Assembly: GCA_976226885.1 (NCBI GenBank)
Contig: OZ320322.1
Coordinates: forward strand, 25,730,001-25,794,000
Length of the DNA stretch: 64,000 bases
Source: Iphione sp. A-MEVVRFRX5
Taxonomy: Eukaryota
Reading direction: 5' to 3'
The notes under the pieces were generated by a model, which worked only from the letters and a program-made list of their open reading frames with translations, had not been told where the DNA came from and made no database searches. Made by a program: the position numbers and the translations under genes. Positions 1-12,000 of the stretch are shown piece after piece. The first letter of the stretch is position 1. Each line of letters starts with the position of its first letter.

Positions 1-1962
1 TTACATAACACTATAAAATAAACAGTCTTTATACACAGCGTAAGAGTAACAGGAAGCATGCATGCTAAGTATCGGCGTATCTTCAGAGATAGTGGCGTTA
101 TTCCCTGCGGGCTATCCGTTGTCACTGACGTACAGAAGGAAGGGGGAGTGGAGTATATGATGTTGAGTTGCTGCTCTACTGTTTAAGGTTTCACTACGAC
201 TAGCAGGAACAATTCTATGGAATGAAGTAGAGTGGAATATAGATCATGTCGTTATCTTACCTTTTCACAATATCTCTGCCACGAATTTTGGATAAGTACA
301 ACCCTAATTGTTTTCCAACATCAGAATCCCACTGGCATAAAAGCAAACCAAAACTGATGTAAAACAAAATGTGGTTATAGTACAAGGGAAAGAGGCGAAA
401 GAATACGTTTTAATGCTATACGCATTCCATTAGCCCTACTGCATAGCGGTCCATGTTTGTGAGTCACCCTATACAAATTGATATAATTAAAAAAAATCGA
501 AATTCTTGTCAAATCCATGGTGAAGTGCAAAAGGTTTGTACAAAGCATAGTGCAGTAATACCTTTATAAGCTTGTTCATAGAAGCGAAGATGGGATAAAT
601 CAAACTTGATAGGCAGACTATAGTTAAATGTAATGAGCAGTTAAACTAACAATACCGAATAGAAGGTAATCAGCTCCTCATACAAATAAAATGCAGGTAA
701 ATCAAGTGATCCGAAGCATAAGATGAAATAGACAGTGTAGTTCCTGCTCAACTCTTTGGGAGGATTTCGCCAAAAACCGTTATGCCGTCTAGCAAGTCCA
801 TAAGCACAGGGGTGACTTCAGCACATATTCATTGAGCATATAGGAATACAAAGTGTGCCGTCATCCTTTTACCTACATCGCGAAGGACATCGACAAGGGA
901 GGCTACGTTATTTAGCTTGAGGCATTTGATCTCCTGGCACTCAGAAAGTCAATGACTGCCTTGGGATGGTCTCTCTAGTGGGAAGTATGGCCCTGAGGCA
1001 ATAGGTGGCAGTAGCGCTCCCACCCCGACCTCTGCGGGACAAAAGGTGTACCATCCGAAAATGTCGCGATAATTCGTATGTGCCACACGAGGCAGATACA
1101 CTGACACCATTTGGCTGGACACACATGGACCTGATCCAAACAGGAGAAGGTTAAGACTTGTGCAAAGAAGGTCATGTTTTTCCTTTTTTGGTCTTCATTT
1201 CTGTCTGCCTGAATATTCACCGACAAAAATGATGGTTGGCAACACGAGTTGCTTGTCTGAATTGTAGTACCAAATGGTTCGTCAAAGGGTTCCCATACTG
1301 ACTTAGTGACCTAAGGACACTTTCTAACAGTTGTTATGAAGAGGAACTGGCTGATCAGGGGATAGATAGGTGAAGATTTGTCAAGGATAAATAACTTATT
1401 GGGCTTACTCATAAATATAAATTTTAAAATGCCCATGTCAAAAACCTGATTATCGCAAGACCAGGTTTCTATGGTTAAAATTATTTACTAACATACAGAT
1501 TGTGTAACATATATGGAACATTCTGTATCATGCTATAAGAATCCTAGAGAAACCTACTCTCTTCAAAAGGACTGTTAGGGAAATGCTTCTCTGCAGACAA
1601 GTTTTGTGGTTGTATATGTGCCTATTAGTTTTCTTGTTGCTCTCTAGTAGTTGATGTATCTTGCAGAGCTAGCAAAGAATGTGATATTGCCACAATATTG
1701 TGGCAACAACGTGTTATGTTTGTGGTAACATTATTGTATAATGAGAACATTGTAGCAATGTAAAAACGTGACAGCTTTTGAATGTGTCTAGAACTTTACA
1801 GCGAAACATATGGCAACACCTTCTTGACAATTTCAAAAAACTTTTGTTTAAAATCACTTCCCACAGTCAGATTCAAACTCACTGTTACTGATTTAAGGTA
1901 CAACACCTAACCAATTGTACTGTTTGCCTTCTTGTCAAAATCTACACAGAGTACAATGCTAT

Positions 1963-2353
1963 CCCAGGCAACCATTTACGACTTTTGTAAATGTTGCAGA
2001 TTTGGTTTGGAGATAATTTTAAAATACTGCTGGTGAACCTTTTTTAAAGGTTATAAAATGTTGCAGCAAAATATTGGGAAAATCTTAACTAGAAGGTTTT
2101 AGAAAATTACTTACCATGTTACAACATTTCATGAAAATATCATATCAATGTGATTCAATTCTATAAATTTATATTTATATTTTGTAAATTTGTTTCTTAT
2201 CTAAAAAGTTTTAGATAAATAAGTATATAAACGTTTTACCTAAATTACCCAACTGTTATAATGTAATGTTCATATAACATCATATAAAAGTCTTTCAAAT
2301 CTAACCAAAATAGGTGTTGTATAAACGTTTCTTCATGTAATGTGTTAGCTGGA
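1963..2353. mobile_element. Possible degenerate non-autonomous DNA transposon (CCCAG-type ends)
   Basis: Begins CCCAGGCAAC and ends GTGTTAGCTGGA, an imperfect inverted pair. The AT-rich interior has repeated aacatt/aaatgtt motifs. No clean TSD. Confidence 0.3.
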
Positions 2354-5324
2354 CCACAGGTAAGACCACAGATAAGATAGAGGGACTTTTATCGTCATTT
2401 TCTCAAATACCAAAGTTCCCACAATTGAACCGTGTTCCCGAAAAGATAGACACACAGTGTTAGGCAGTGGACCTGCAGAATTTACAGTTCGGTGGATTTT
2501 CTTTGATACCCTCATTCAAGTATCGGCAAGTTTATTCTAGAACTCTGTTGAGAAACGCTCATTCTGGACACCTACCTGTTTTGTGCGGGAATTCTAGGCG
2601 ACCTGTTTTTGGTATCTAGAAGTAACTGTAGTTGGGATCAAACCAAGACCGACCACCTCCTTAAAGAACGAAATAATTTGGACCCGTCTTGTCAAAATAA
2701 CTAATATGACTGCCCCTTAAATTCAGGGCCAATGGAGCAATGATGGTGTTATCAAGGGGAGGGGGCAATTAGTTTTGCCATCTTGCTTTGCCAAACCTTA
2801 TAGTCATACAATGGCGACTTTCACGGAAGCCTTATGCAGCATTCAATACTGCACCTGACTCGCATGCATCTGTTTTACGTTGCCAGACCTGTCTGTGAAC
2901 CATAACCACAGGCCAGTTTATCGAGGCACCAAGGTCTGAGCTCCATGAATGAGCATACGATTTGTATTCTATAATTTTTTCTGAAGTAACTCAGCCCAGT
3001 GCAAGAACGGTGCTCATGGCAATGCACTCATAGTAGTTTTGGATGGAGAATATGATTTAACTAAATTGCTTTAAGGCATACAGGCAATAAAATGCTGGGT
3101 GTATAATGTCCAATGTTGATAACGAACATTCATTATAAGAGAGAGTGGTGCTAGCATGTTTCACCATCGTAAAATAGTCTATGTAAAAGATAGTCTATGA
3201 AATGTATAGTATATGATTCCTACGCTTACATTACATGCTCGATTACTACACTGTGCTTGTAGACTTCCGAAGTTGCCAGAATAAACTGATGATTGAGCCT
3301 TATCTATTGAGTAAAAAACTACATTGTAGAATATGCCGTCCTAAAGAAAGGCTACATAAACTATGGATCTGTTTTAACCAAATGCTCTCGATGATTCTGC
3401 TCGTTTGTATGTAGTCGAAGTGATGCCATATTATAAGAAAAACTATAGACACCTCTCTCACATACAGAACTGATGGTAATTGCAGTTTCCGATGCACATT
3501 GATTAGAAATGTTAGCTCTTGTGCAGGAAGAAAGGTGCCTCAACATGTATTCTGTATGGGTATGCGACCCCTAGGTCGCCCTTTCTAAAGAATACAATTT
3601 ACGATTTGTCCCACTAAGGATTTTGTAGGAAAATGCAAGATCTCATCCCTCACAATATGCAATCTCGTTCTGTCATAACATAATGTAAAAGCGCAACATT
3701 ACGGTTACAAATGGTCACCGTTTCCTATTGCATCACTTCTGATGGTGTCAGAGATCCTTCTTACAGGACTTAGACCTTAAGTGCCTGGATCAAATATGGT
3801 CCAGTCGCACCAGCCTGGCTAGATATACAAGGGATATATTGAAGCTGCTGAACACATACTTTCTCAAGCGGGAAAATACGTCTTATGGATCAGATGACCA
3901 GCGCGCTGAAAGGGAGTGATCATGAATTCAGCATTTCAATTTTGGACATCTGGTTAATCACCCAGACATTCATTATAACCCAGATGGGCATCTTTTAGGA
4001 CAAAGTAACCATTTTCAAGGTATGTATGACTGCACTGTGCATCATATTGGGAAATGTTTGTGCATCCACGATAACTATGTTTCTTCACATTAATATAATT
4101 TCAATCTTTCATCAGTATAGTGTAGACAATTTCTTCACTCGAAAATTTGCACACACTCCGAGCTCAATGTGTTACCTTTGATGTACCTTATTTAAACATC
4201 CAAACACTATAATCACTTGCCTAAGTTACTTACCTGAAAAATGAGACATTATTTCTGTTTATGTCCTCGGTACATGGGAGACATCACTGACACCTACATT
4301 TATTGTTTTTTTGTACCTGCCATTGTTGCCGTCTAGCCCTGATACTGAGAGCATAAATCGTGTCGGCTTTAGTGGCTTCTTACTGCAAAAAGGAATAGTA
4401 ACAATTAAGTTATCATCAAACTGTCGGCAAAAACGTCAAATATCATAAATGTTTTTAATTGGCAGACACCGTCATTTTTGTACGATTGGAATTGGTACCC
4501 AATGCTTCACCTAAATATCATATGTTGACTTAAACTAACCAAAAACAAACACATTTAGTAGTGTTAAACATTCCTCACTCCCTGCAGTGTTGGAATATCA
4601 TTTAGGTCTGTAATTGTATACGCACTATATCGAGTTAATTTTCTCCTGTAGAATACATCTAAATTAATACAGAACACAATGGAAAATTGATTGTTTTCAA
4701 TCGGGTCTCCTCAATTAGGGGGTTTGTAGTGTGTGGTCTGTCTAAGAAAACATCCGCATGCCGACTGAAGTATGGCCCAAGGTATGCCCCCCATTAATGA
4801 ATTAGTTTTGCTCTCTCTGATACATACGTGCAAAACCTTAATTTTAACGCCTGCCATAGATGACCTGTTTCCCCGAGGGACTAAGGGAAAGGGGTCTTTC
4901 ATCGCTTTCAGTCAATCCTGAGTGTAATACGAAGTAGATATAATAGACTCATTGAAGTATTGATCCTTACTGTACAGTTCTTTACACTCTGTCATTCAAC
5001 TTACATGTATTGAGCAGTAATAAGTGTCAGTACCTCAGCAAGGGCGAATCACCATAAAAGGAACCGAAGCGGTTCTAGATGTAACTTATGCACCTAGACG
5101 TAAGTGAACACAAATCGTACTGAATTCTGTCGCCATGATGTTTCCCATAAGTAATTACGTAACACAATTACGTAACACATTACTCTTTCTTGCACAATTC
5201 GAACAAGGTTTCCAGAATAAACAGTGAGATCCTTCATTTTGGATAGGGCTCTATTAACACCTTAATCTCCACCCATAGGCTTACCAGGCATATGTTCGAT
5301 GATTTACAACCTAGAAGTTAGGTA

Positions 5325-5502
5325 CAGTGGAAAGCCACCTTAGGGACACGTCTCCAATAGGGACAAATCTCTAATAGGGACACTTTTTAGAAGAACAGAT
5401 CCTGTTTGTTCTATATTAAATGAAGTCTCTAATAGGGACACGTCTCAAATAGGGACACTTTGGGACAGAACCAAGGGTGTCCTGATTAGAGACTTTCCAC
5501 TG
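5325..5502. mobile_element. Tc1/mariner-pogo-type MITE (178 bp)
   Basis: TA|CAGTGGAAAG ... CTTTCCACTG|TA: perfect 10-bp TIR with TA duplication, and internal repeats of AATAGGGACA(C). Confidence 0.8.
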
Positions 5503-5558
5503 TATTAAATATTTCATGGATTTCTGTCATGTTTAGGAGAAATGTAGATCATATTGTA

Positions 5559-5678
5559 GGGTGCTGATACGACTGGGTGCACGAGTATAGCTTTACAGGC
5601 TATGCAGAACTAGCCCTGTGGGTTTGTTCTGCTCTGCCGATCAAGCTGACTACGTCAGATTGTCATATCAGCATCCCC
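5559..5678. mobile_element. Small MITE-like inverted-repeat element (about 120 bp)
   Basis: TA|GGGTGCTGATACGAC ... GTCATATCAGCATCCCC|TA: imperfect TIR of about 15 bp, flanked by TA. Confidence 0.5.
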
Positions 5679-6905
5679 TAGATGTACATGTATTCTGTTT
5701 ATTGTACGAATTCAGACATACAATTCAGACCTACAATTAAAGAATTATAAGAGAATACCAGATTGCTTATATTTGTCACTATTTATCATCTTTGACAGTG
5801 GGACCTTAGGGTCATCTGACTCTTCCCAACAACATAAATGATGAAAATATTATAAAAACTAAGGAATTTAACCCCTTGTACTTACTTCAAAGTGCTTTAA
5901 AAGTGGATATATATGATAGTAAGTTTATTTATTTGATTTTGATTGCCACAATCTCTTCTAATATATTTCAATCATTATTTCATCTAGTTCCCCCCAAAGA
6001 AATCCACTAAGGGCAGCGCAGATGGTGTGCATGTACATGTTTATACATGCCATACACATCTACATGTTGCACCCCTGATTAGCACCTAGTAAATGATCAC
6101 TGTATCTTCACAAGAGTATAATTATACATAATTGATATATATAGTGAGTGTATGATAAACACTGTCTTCTTCTACTTTCTGTCTTGTTGAATTGTTTAGT
6201 AAATTATAGTTTCATTCATGACAAGTCATTTCTAGCTAATATTTCTAAATAGATAATAATTTTCTCTATTTAGATAATATCCCATCATGCCCCGAAGCTA
6301 CATCATTGATGCCTTTGCCGATGGTGATGGACTAACTTGGGGTACATCATATCAAATTCCAGGAAATTCATTCTCTGCTATGCAATATAACCCAGTAAAA
6401 GAAATGTGCAAAAACACTTGCTGAACACTTTTAAGATCGGACATTTTTCGATAAAACTTATAACCCTGTTTCTACACATTTCTTTTACAAATTTATTTAA
6501 AATTGGTTGGCATTTCTTCTGTAGCATAGTCTCCTAAATCTTACTGGTTGCCATAGCAATTCCAATGTAAACAATAAAACAATATCAAAATGAAGTAGAA
6601 TTCCTTGCCTTTAAATTAATGTATCATATGTCCATACTCAAAGCAAACTGAAGTTCAAGGACAGAAATCTGACTTTTAGTAGAATTTCAGGTGTGAAAAC
6701 CGTAGACCTTGTTGGTCCTTAAGAGGGTAAGGACAGCCCACAATACATGTATGTGCAGGCTGAAAATAGAATCAAATAGGAAATTATTCAGGACAGATCT
6801 GACATGTGTCATACATTGAAGTATTTTCGTCTTGGGGATTGATATAGTCATGCATCTACCATCAGCATACATGTATCGAACGCAACGCTTTCTCTGTTAT
6901 AACAG

Positions 6906-7378
6906 TTCTGGCGAGTGTTTTTGGACTTGGTTGAGATCTAATGATTTATGGTACCGGTACGGGGTTCTGTGAAGTGAGAAATTGTAGCAAGATAAACTCT
7001 GTCCGGAATGTCAAGATGCTGTAATCCCTGAAATTTGAGAGAGGATATTCATGCGCATCTAGTGTCACAGGTATTTGTATATCTAGTTTCGTACATGGTT
7101 AAAATGGTACACAGCATATTTTACACCTTAATTTATTCATTTGCATGGCTAAAACCATAGCCTTGAAAGTTGTCACAACGTGCTACCCATCAAATGTGAG
7201 GTAATAATGTGCACATAGCAATGCTGAAAGTTGTTGCGCATATTTGCATATAAAAAATGTATATTTCAAGAGTGTTTTTTACAATTACACTTGTGATTCT
7301 ATTTGTGTACATTTTAAGACAAGATGGAGTGAGAAAGAACCTATTGAATATGTTGAAATAATTTGTGAGTGTAGCTGA
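6906..7378 (+). pseudogene. Decayed secreted cystine-knot-like gene (trunk/PTTH/noggin-like Cys spacing)
   Basis: Acceptor ctttctctgttataacag ends at 6905. One frame follows with 5 internal stops (6932, 7022, 7100, 7202, 7205) and no frameshift, ending ...ICMAKTIALKVVTTCYPSNVR**CAHSNAESCCAYLHIKNVYFKSVFYNYTCDSICVHFKTRWSEKEPIEYVEIICECS*. The terminal CxC, C-x14-P and C-x7-C spacings and KTRW resemble PTTH/trunk C-termini. Confidence 0.45.
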
Positions 7379-8953
7379 AACACTATTTAGCTTTGACCCG
7401 ATTGTGCAGGGTGTGAAAGTACACAGCCTTGACAACCTTAGTAATACCCAGCACTGAAGGCCAATCTGAAAAACAATTGTCCACAGCCATCAATATGAGA
7501 ACACGTGAAGGGTAACACATTACAGCAGTTTATATGCAGAAATTGATCACATGCATGGGATGTTCCTGAATTAGTCCCTGTGCCTCAGCCAAATCAGACA
7601 ACGTTGTCTATAATTGGTTTTGGTAGGAGGTTCTGTCTCGGCACACACTCATCGGGAACTTACTGTTAGGCATTTTCATCATAGAAAAATGAGGCAGTAC
7701 AAATCCGCGCACAGATTTCCGTTAAGTGAAATGACGTGATTACTGTAGACAAATTTATTATATTGAATATATATACACTTGACGTGAATAGGAACTGTCG
7801 CATTCGTACATTAGAAATTGATACAAAAACAAGAGGCAACATAATAATACTATATTTGTTAAGACCAAAGAAATGAGAGATGTGCTATTGTAAATAAATG
7901 ATGATTTTTTTCGAAACTTTAATTCTAGAGGTGAAATCATCATTAATTTTAAACGAACTGGGATACACGAGAGTTTAGATAATCCATTAGATGAAAATGA
8001 GTCATACAGAGAGGTATAGTTTTTCAGTAATTATTTCAGGCATGGAATAACAGTAAACCGTTAGATAGTGATAGGATCTACAGTCCAATCACGGATGGTT
8101 AGCGTCTGCCCGTCGGCCATTGCCCTCACTCAAGACATAACAAACTTCGACCGCGCCACATCAAACCAGTTCACCTTACCACCCATGATGTACATGTATA
8201 TGATCCTAAGGAGTCAGAAGAAAGGGTGCATCCTTATGGGAGAGGGGTGAGAATTGGTGGAGCTTTACTACAGACACCGCCATGGGCAGTACAAGTGACC
8301 AGGAGGGAAAAGCTTATGTAGTACAATGTTGTTTTTTTCATGTTTGGCATTGTTGCATTATGAAAACACCCTGTCGGGTGGAATATTATATATTTGTTAT
8401 TCTAGTCCCTATACTCAGGAAGCCTCGATTATGCACCGACTTAAACAGATAAAAACCATTGAATCTTGGAGCTCTTGAAGCTAAAAACATAAATACCGGT
8501 ACATGACTCCGATAGGATATCGCACCAGGCGCTTATGGCCCTAAATTAGGAACGAGTTATGCATAACCTTTAAAGAGATATTTGTAGCTGAATTAACATC
8601 AAAGCATGTATCACAAAGATCGGGCCCACAACATTCCAATCTTATTTTTCACCTTCAGTATCCTCATGCCACAACACTAATAGCTGGTCAGAAAAGACAC
8701 AGAAAAGAATTTCACTTTACCGCTTAGAGTCATAGTCGCCGATTGAGAGTGAATGATTTTGTCTCCTTATCTTGATTTTTTAAGGGCGTGGTCTTCATAA
8801 CAATTACTGGATTATCTCTTTGAGAACTAAGTAGTCATGAAATCGTTTGCGTGCAGCTACTCCTCAGCATTCATCCATAAATTTCCACAAAAAAAAGGCA
8901 AACTTGGTTCAACTTATCTATCCCATCTCATGGCACTTGACATAAGCGTACTA

Positions 8954-8990
8954 CATTTAAATGGAAGATTCACGACATCTCGGTTCAGTT
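8954..8990 (+). promoter_or_regulatory. Putative core promoter of CK1 (TATA-like element plus Initiator)
   Basis: CATTTAAAT at 8954-8962 and TCAGTT (Inr consensus) at 8985-8990, about 30 bp apart; the Inr ends 43 nt before the ATG of a signal-peptide exon. Confidence 0.5.
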
Positions 8991-9033
8991 TTTCTGCATC
9001 AGGTTTCCTACACTGTTTAGCAAGTCTACAGGA

Positions 9034-12000
9034 ATGGCTTTCAAAATAGTACTAACACTTTGCCTTTTGGCAATGGTGCTGACAGGTAAGTATGCTTCTA
9101 TTGATACTATCAACAAATGCTAACTGCTTCAAATTCAAAGTCACACTAAACGGACTATGATTTGTTGTTTTAGAGTCATCTGTGTAACAACAGTGCTAGT
9201 AAGGACCCAACAACAAAGGGCAAAATCCTTTTTCTCGTAAGGCTTGTATATAGAACCATTCCCTTTAGGATAGAGGGAATACGCGTAAACCTACTTCATC
9301 CAAGAATTCCTCTTTTACCATCCAGGAGGGAAGAACAGGGCTAATATTAAAAAGCAGCGAAGGAAACACTAATATCGTGTTTAAATGATTTTTCCGTATT
9401 GATCACAATATCATTAATGCGAAGAGATTAGAGGCTTTGCCCACTTGTTAACACCATTTCACTGTATCCGTTGTTATACCACATGTAACTGTCCCCAAAT
9501 GGTGATTCCTGATGTGAGCGGGACTGAGAGACATTTAAGGAGGAATAGGGGGCGAGTGAGAGAGAAAGAGAGAATAGGTGAAGATGAATAAATAGAACTG
9601 AAAAAAGCACTGGTATCCAAACATATAACACAAATACATTGACATTGAAAGAGGAAACCGCTCGTTCCCATATTCAAACGTGCTTCATATGACTTTGATA
9701 TTTTATACGATTATGACCACACATCACACACGGGCTGATTGCTTCTACGTGTCCCACCTTTTGTAAGAGTGGCAATGTTTCCCAACTTTTAATTATGTGG
9801 CCAAATCTTATGTAAATGTATCTATATGTTTCATACTATGTGATTGCAGCCATTGGTTTCAGCCTTCATCAATAGAACTGACAGAGACTAGAGGAGTAAC
9901 GGGAGTGTGCGGATTAGCTGAACTACATACACCTACATACAATACACTTCAAAACATATATAGCAGTTGTTCATCACTCCTACACTGACTGTCGTCTTAT
10001 GTACCTGAGGCCACATGAATAAGAGATAGTGACATGAGTGGGGAAGTGATACGTTTCTGCTTTCATATCCAATACCTGTCTTTTAATGGCTTCTGGTCCG
10101 ACCTACAGTCACTGGACATTTCTCACTCTCCTGATTTCTTTCTCGCTGTGTGCCTTTTTCACTGCCTCTTGTATTTTAACCACCAGGCTTATCGTATTTT
10201 TCTTATCCTAAAATCTTACCTACACTCTCTGCTGCTTTCTTTCCCTAGCCCTATCATCCTCTCCCTGCAGCTTCATCATCAGCATCCTGCGTCAGTGCAA
10301 TACTCTCCCTTCTATTTACATTCATCCGATTAGTGGTGAAAGCTGAATATCTCATGAGGTTGTTGTGCTATGTCTTGGGCCTCGTGCAAATTGGTTCGAG
10401 CTGCGACCTGTTTTGGGCAGTAAATTGAGAAATCAAGATGGGCATGGCATAACATTCGTGTTCGTGTGGGCTGATTATGACAGGGATCGATAAACTCGCA
10501 GAGAATATCACTTTGTCAGACTGCAGCCGTGCATCTTCTTCCCAAAGAAATGAAACTAAGCCAGCCGCATGACGTTCACTGTTGTGTGAGTAGCTGTCAG
10601 CTACATTTGTGTCGGATCCCTCACTGAAGCAGTAGATGAAAAACATGCATGCTCACAGTTCACCCTGTTTGTATAGTTTCTGAGACTGAGTCTGTGTTTC
10701 CTATAATCAAATATAGAGGTTTCCATGGTATATATATTCACGTCTGCTTCGGTCAAAATAATAATGTGGCTATGCTGTCATTCGCACTGGCAGTAGGAGG
10801 ACTGAATGAAGTAGTTTGACTAGCTTTTTCCACGTATTACCGGAGAGATGGCAGTAGGAACTGTGATATCTTGCAAGTGCGCTTATATTTTAGTAGTGGG
10901 ATGCGTTTGTGAAAATAAGAACTTCAGTGATTGCAAAGTACCTGCTGGGAGCATCATCGAACCGTTGTCCTCTATTGGAGTGATGACCCAGCTTTCCACC
11001 TTGTGTTTGTACTCATAGTTATCCGTCCGAACTTTAACCCTCCCAAACGTCGTGCGTGATGTTTTCCTAATCAATCAATTTTAAAAGCCTTTCCCGGAAC
11101 TTTTCTTTCTACGCCGAATTTTCGCGGCATTGGCTGATGTTTTGAAGCAGTTCAAGTAGTTTTGTTCCAGGCTGTTACTGATGAAAAGTGAACCGACACC
11201 CCTTAGATGTCAAGACACACATGAGAGGTCGATAAATTTCTTTTTGTCACAACTGGTTTGTTGTATTGTTTATCAACGGGATTAGGCCGAGGTGAATTGG
11301 GTCGTGGTGAGTCCTTGAACAGCGATATTGTTCAAGGAGCATTTGGTGATTTTGATGGTACCAATTCAATTTTTCTTTGAAGTGAATCTGCAGAATTTCC
11401 CAATAGAGGACGCGATTTTTACACTTGCCTTTCAGCCTCACCTCACTAAGTAGGGGAATATTTGCTCACTAAAGAAAGATTTAATTACGGTGACGTTTCT
11501 CACCCTTATCCAAAACAATAATTGTGCGAACAGGATAGAATAATGAGCTTTGCTATTTTCAAAAGCATACGGAATTTTCTTCCTTCTGTTAGCATCACCA
11601 GTGTAACGTTCTCGGGGGGGGGGGGTCTTTTAATTGCCACTTACAATTTTGTAGATTCAGTCGAGTGAGGGTCAGGTCGAACATTTCGTCCCCGAATAAT
11701 AACAGGTCAGGTATTATTCCAGATGTTTTTTTGACATTTGGAAAATTGGTGGAAAAGTTCTCTATCTGTTTTATTCTCACCAGCATGATCGCGTTGCTGA
11801 GAAACCATGCAAAGACTCATTCCTTATCCTCAAACATGTGCACGGACTTCTTATTTCTTCTTATCTATCACTTGGTAAAGGCTCGGTTGCAGTTGCTGGA
11901 GGACATGTTGACAGGCAACATATCTGTAGTGTTAGTGTGATGGCAAATTTTGATTCTCCTATGCAAGGTCTCCGTTGCTTGGATGACCGGAAGGGGTATT

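Noticed and set aside
3240-4020. Coding-like composition with several short frames
   Set aside because: Multiple stops in all frames and no motif I can name.
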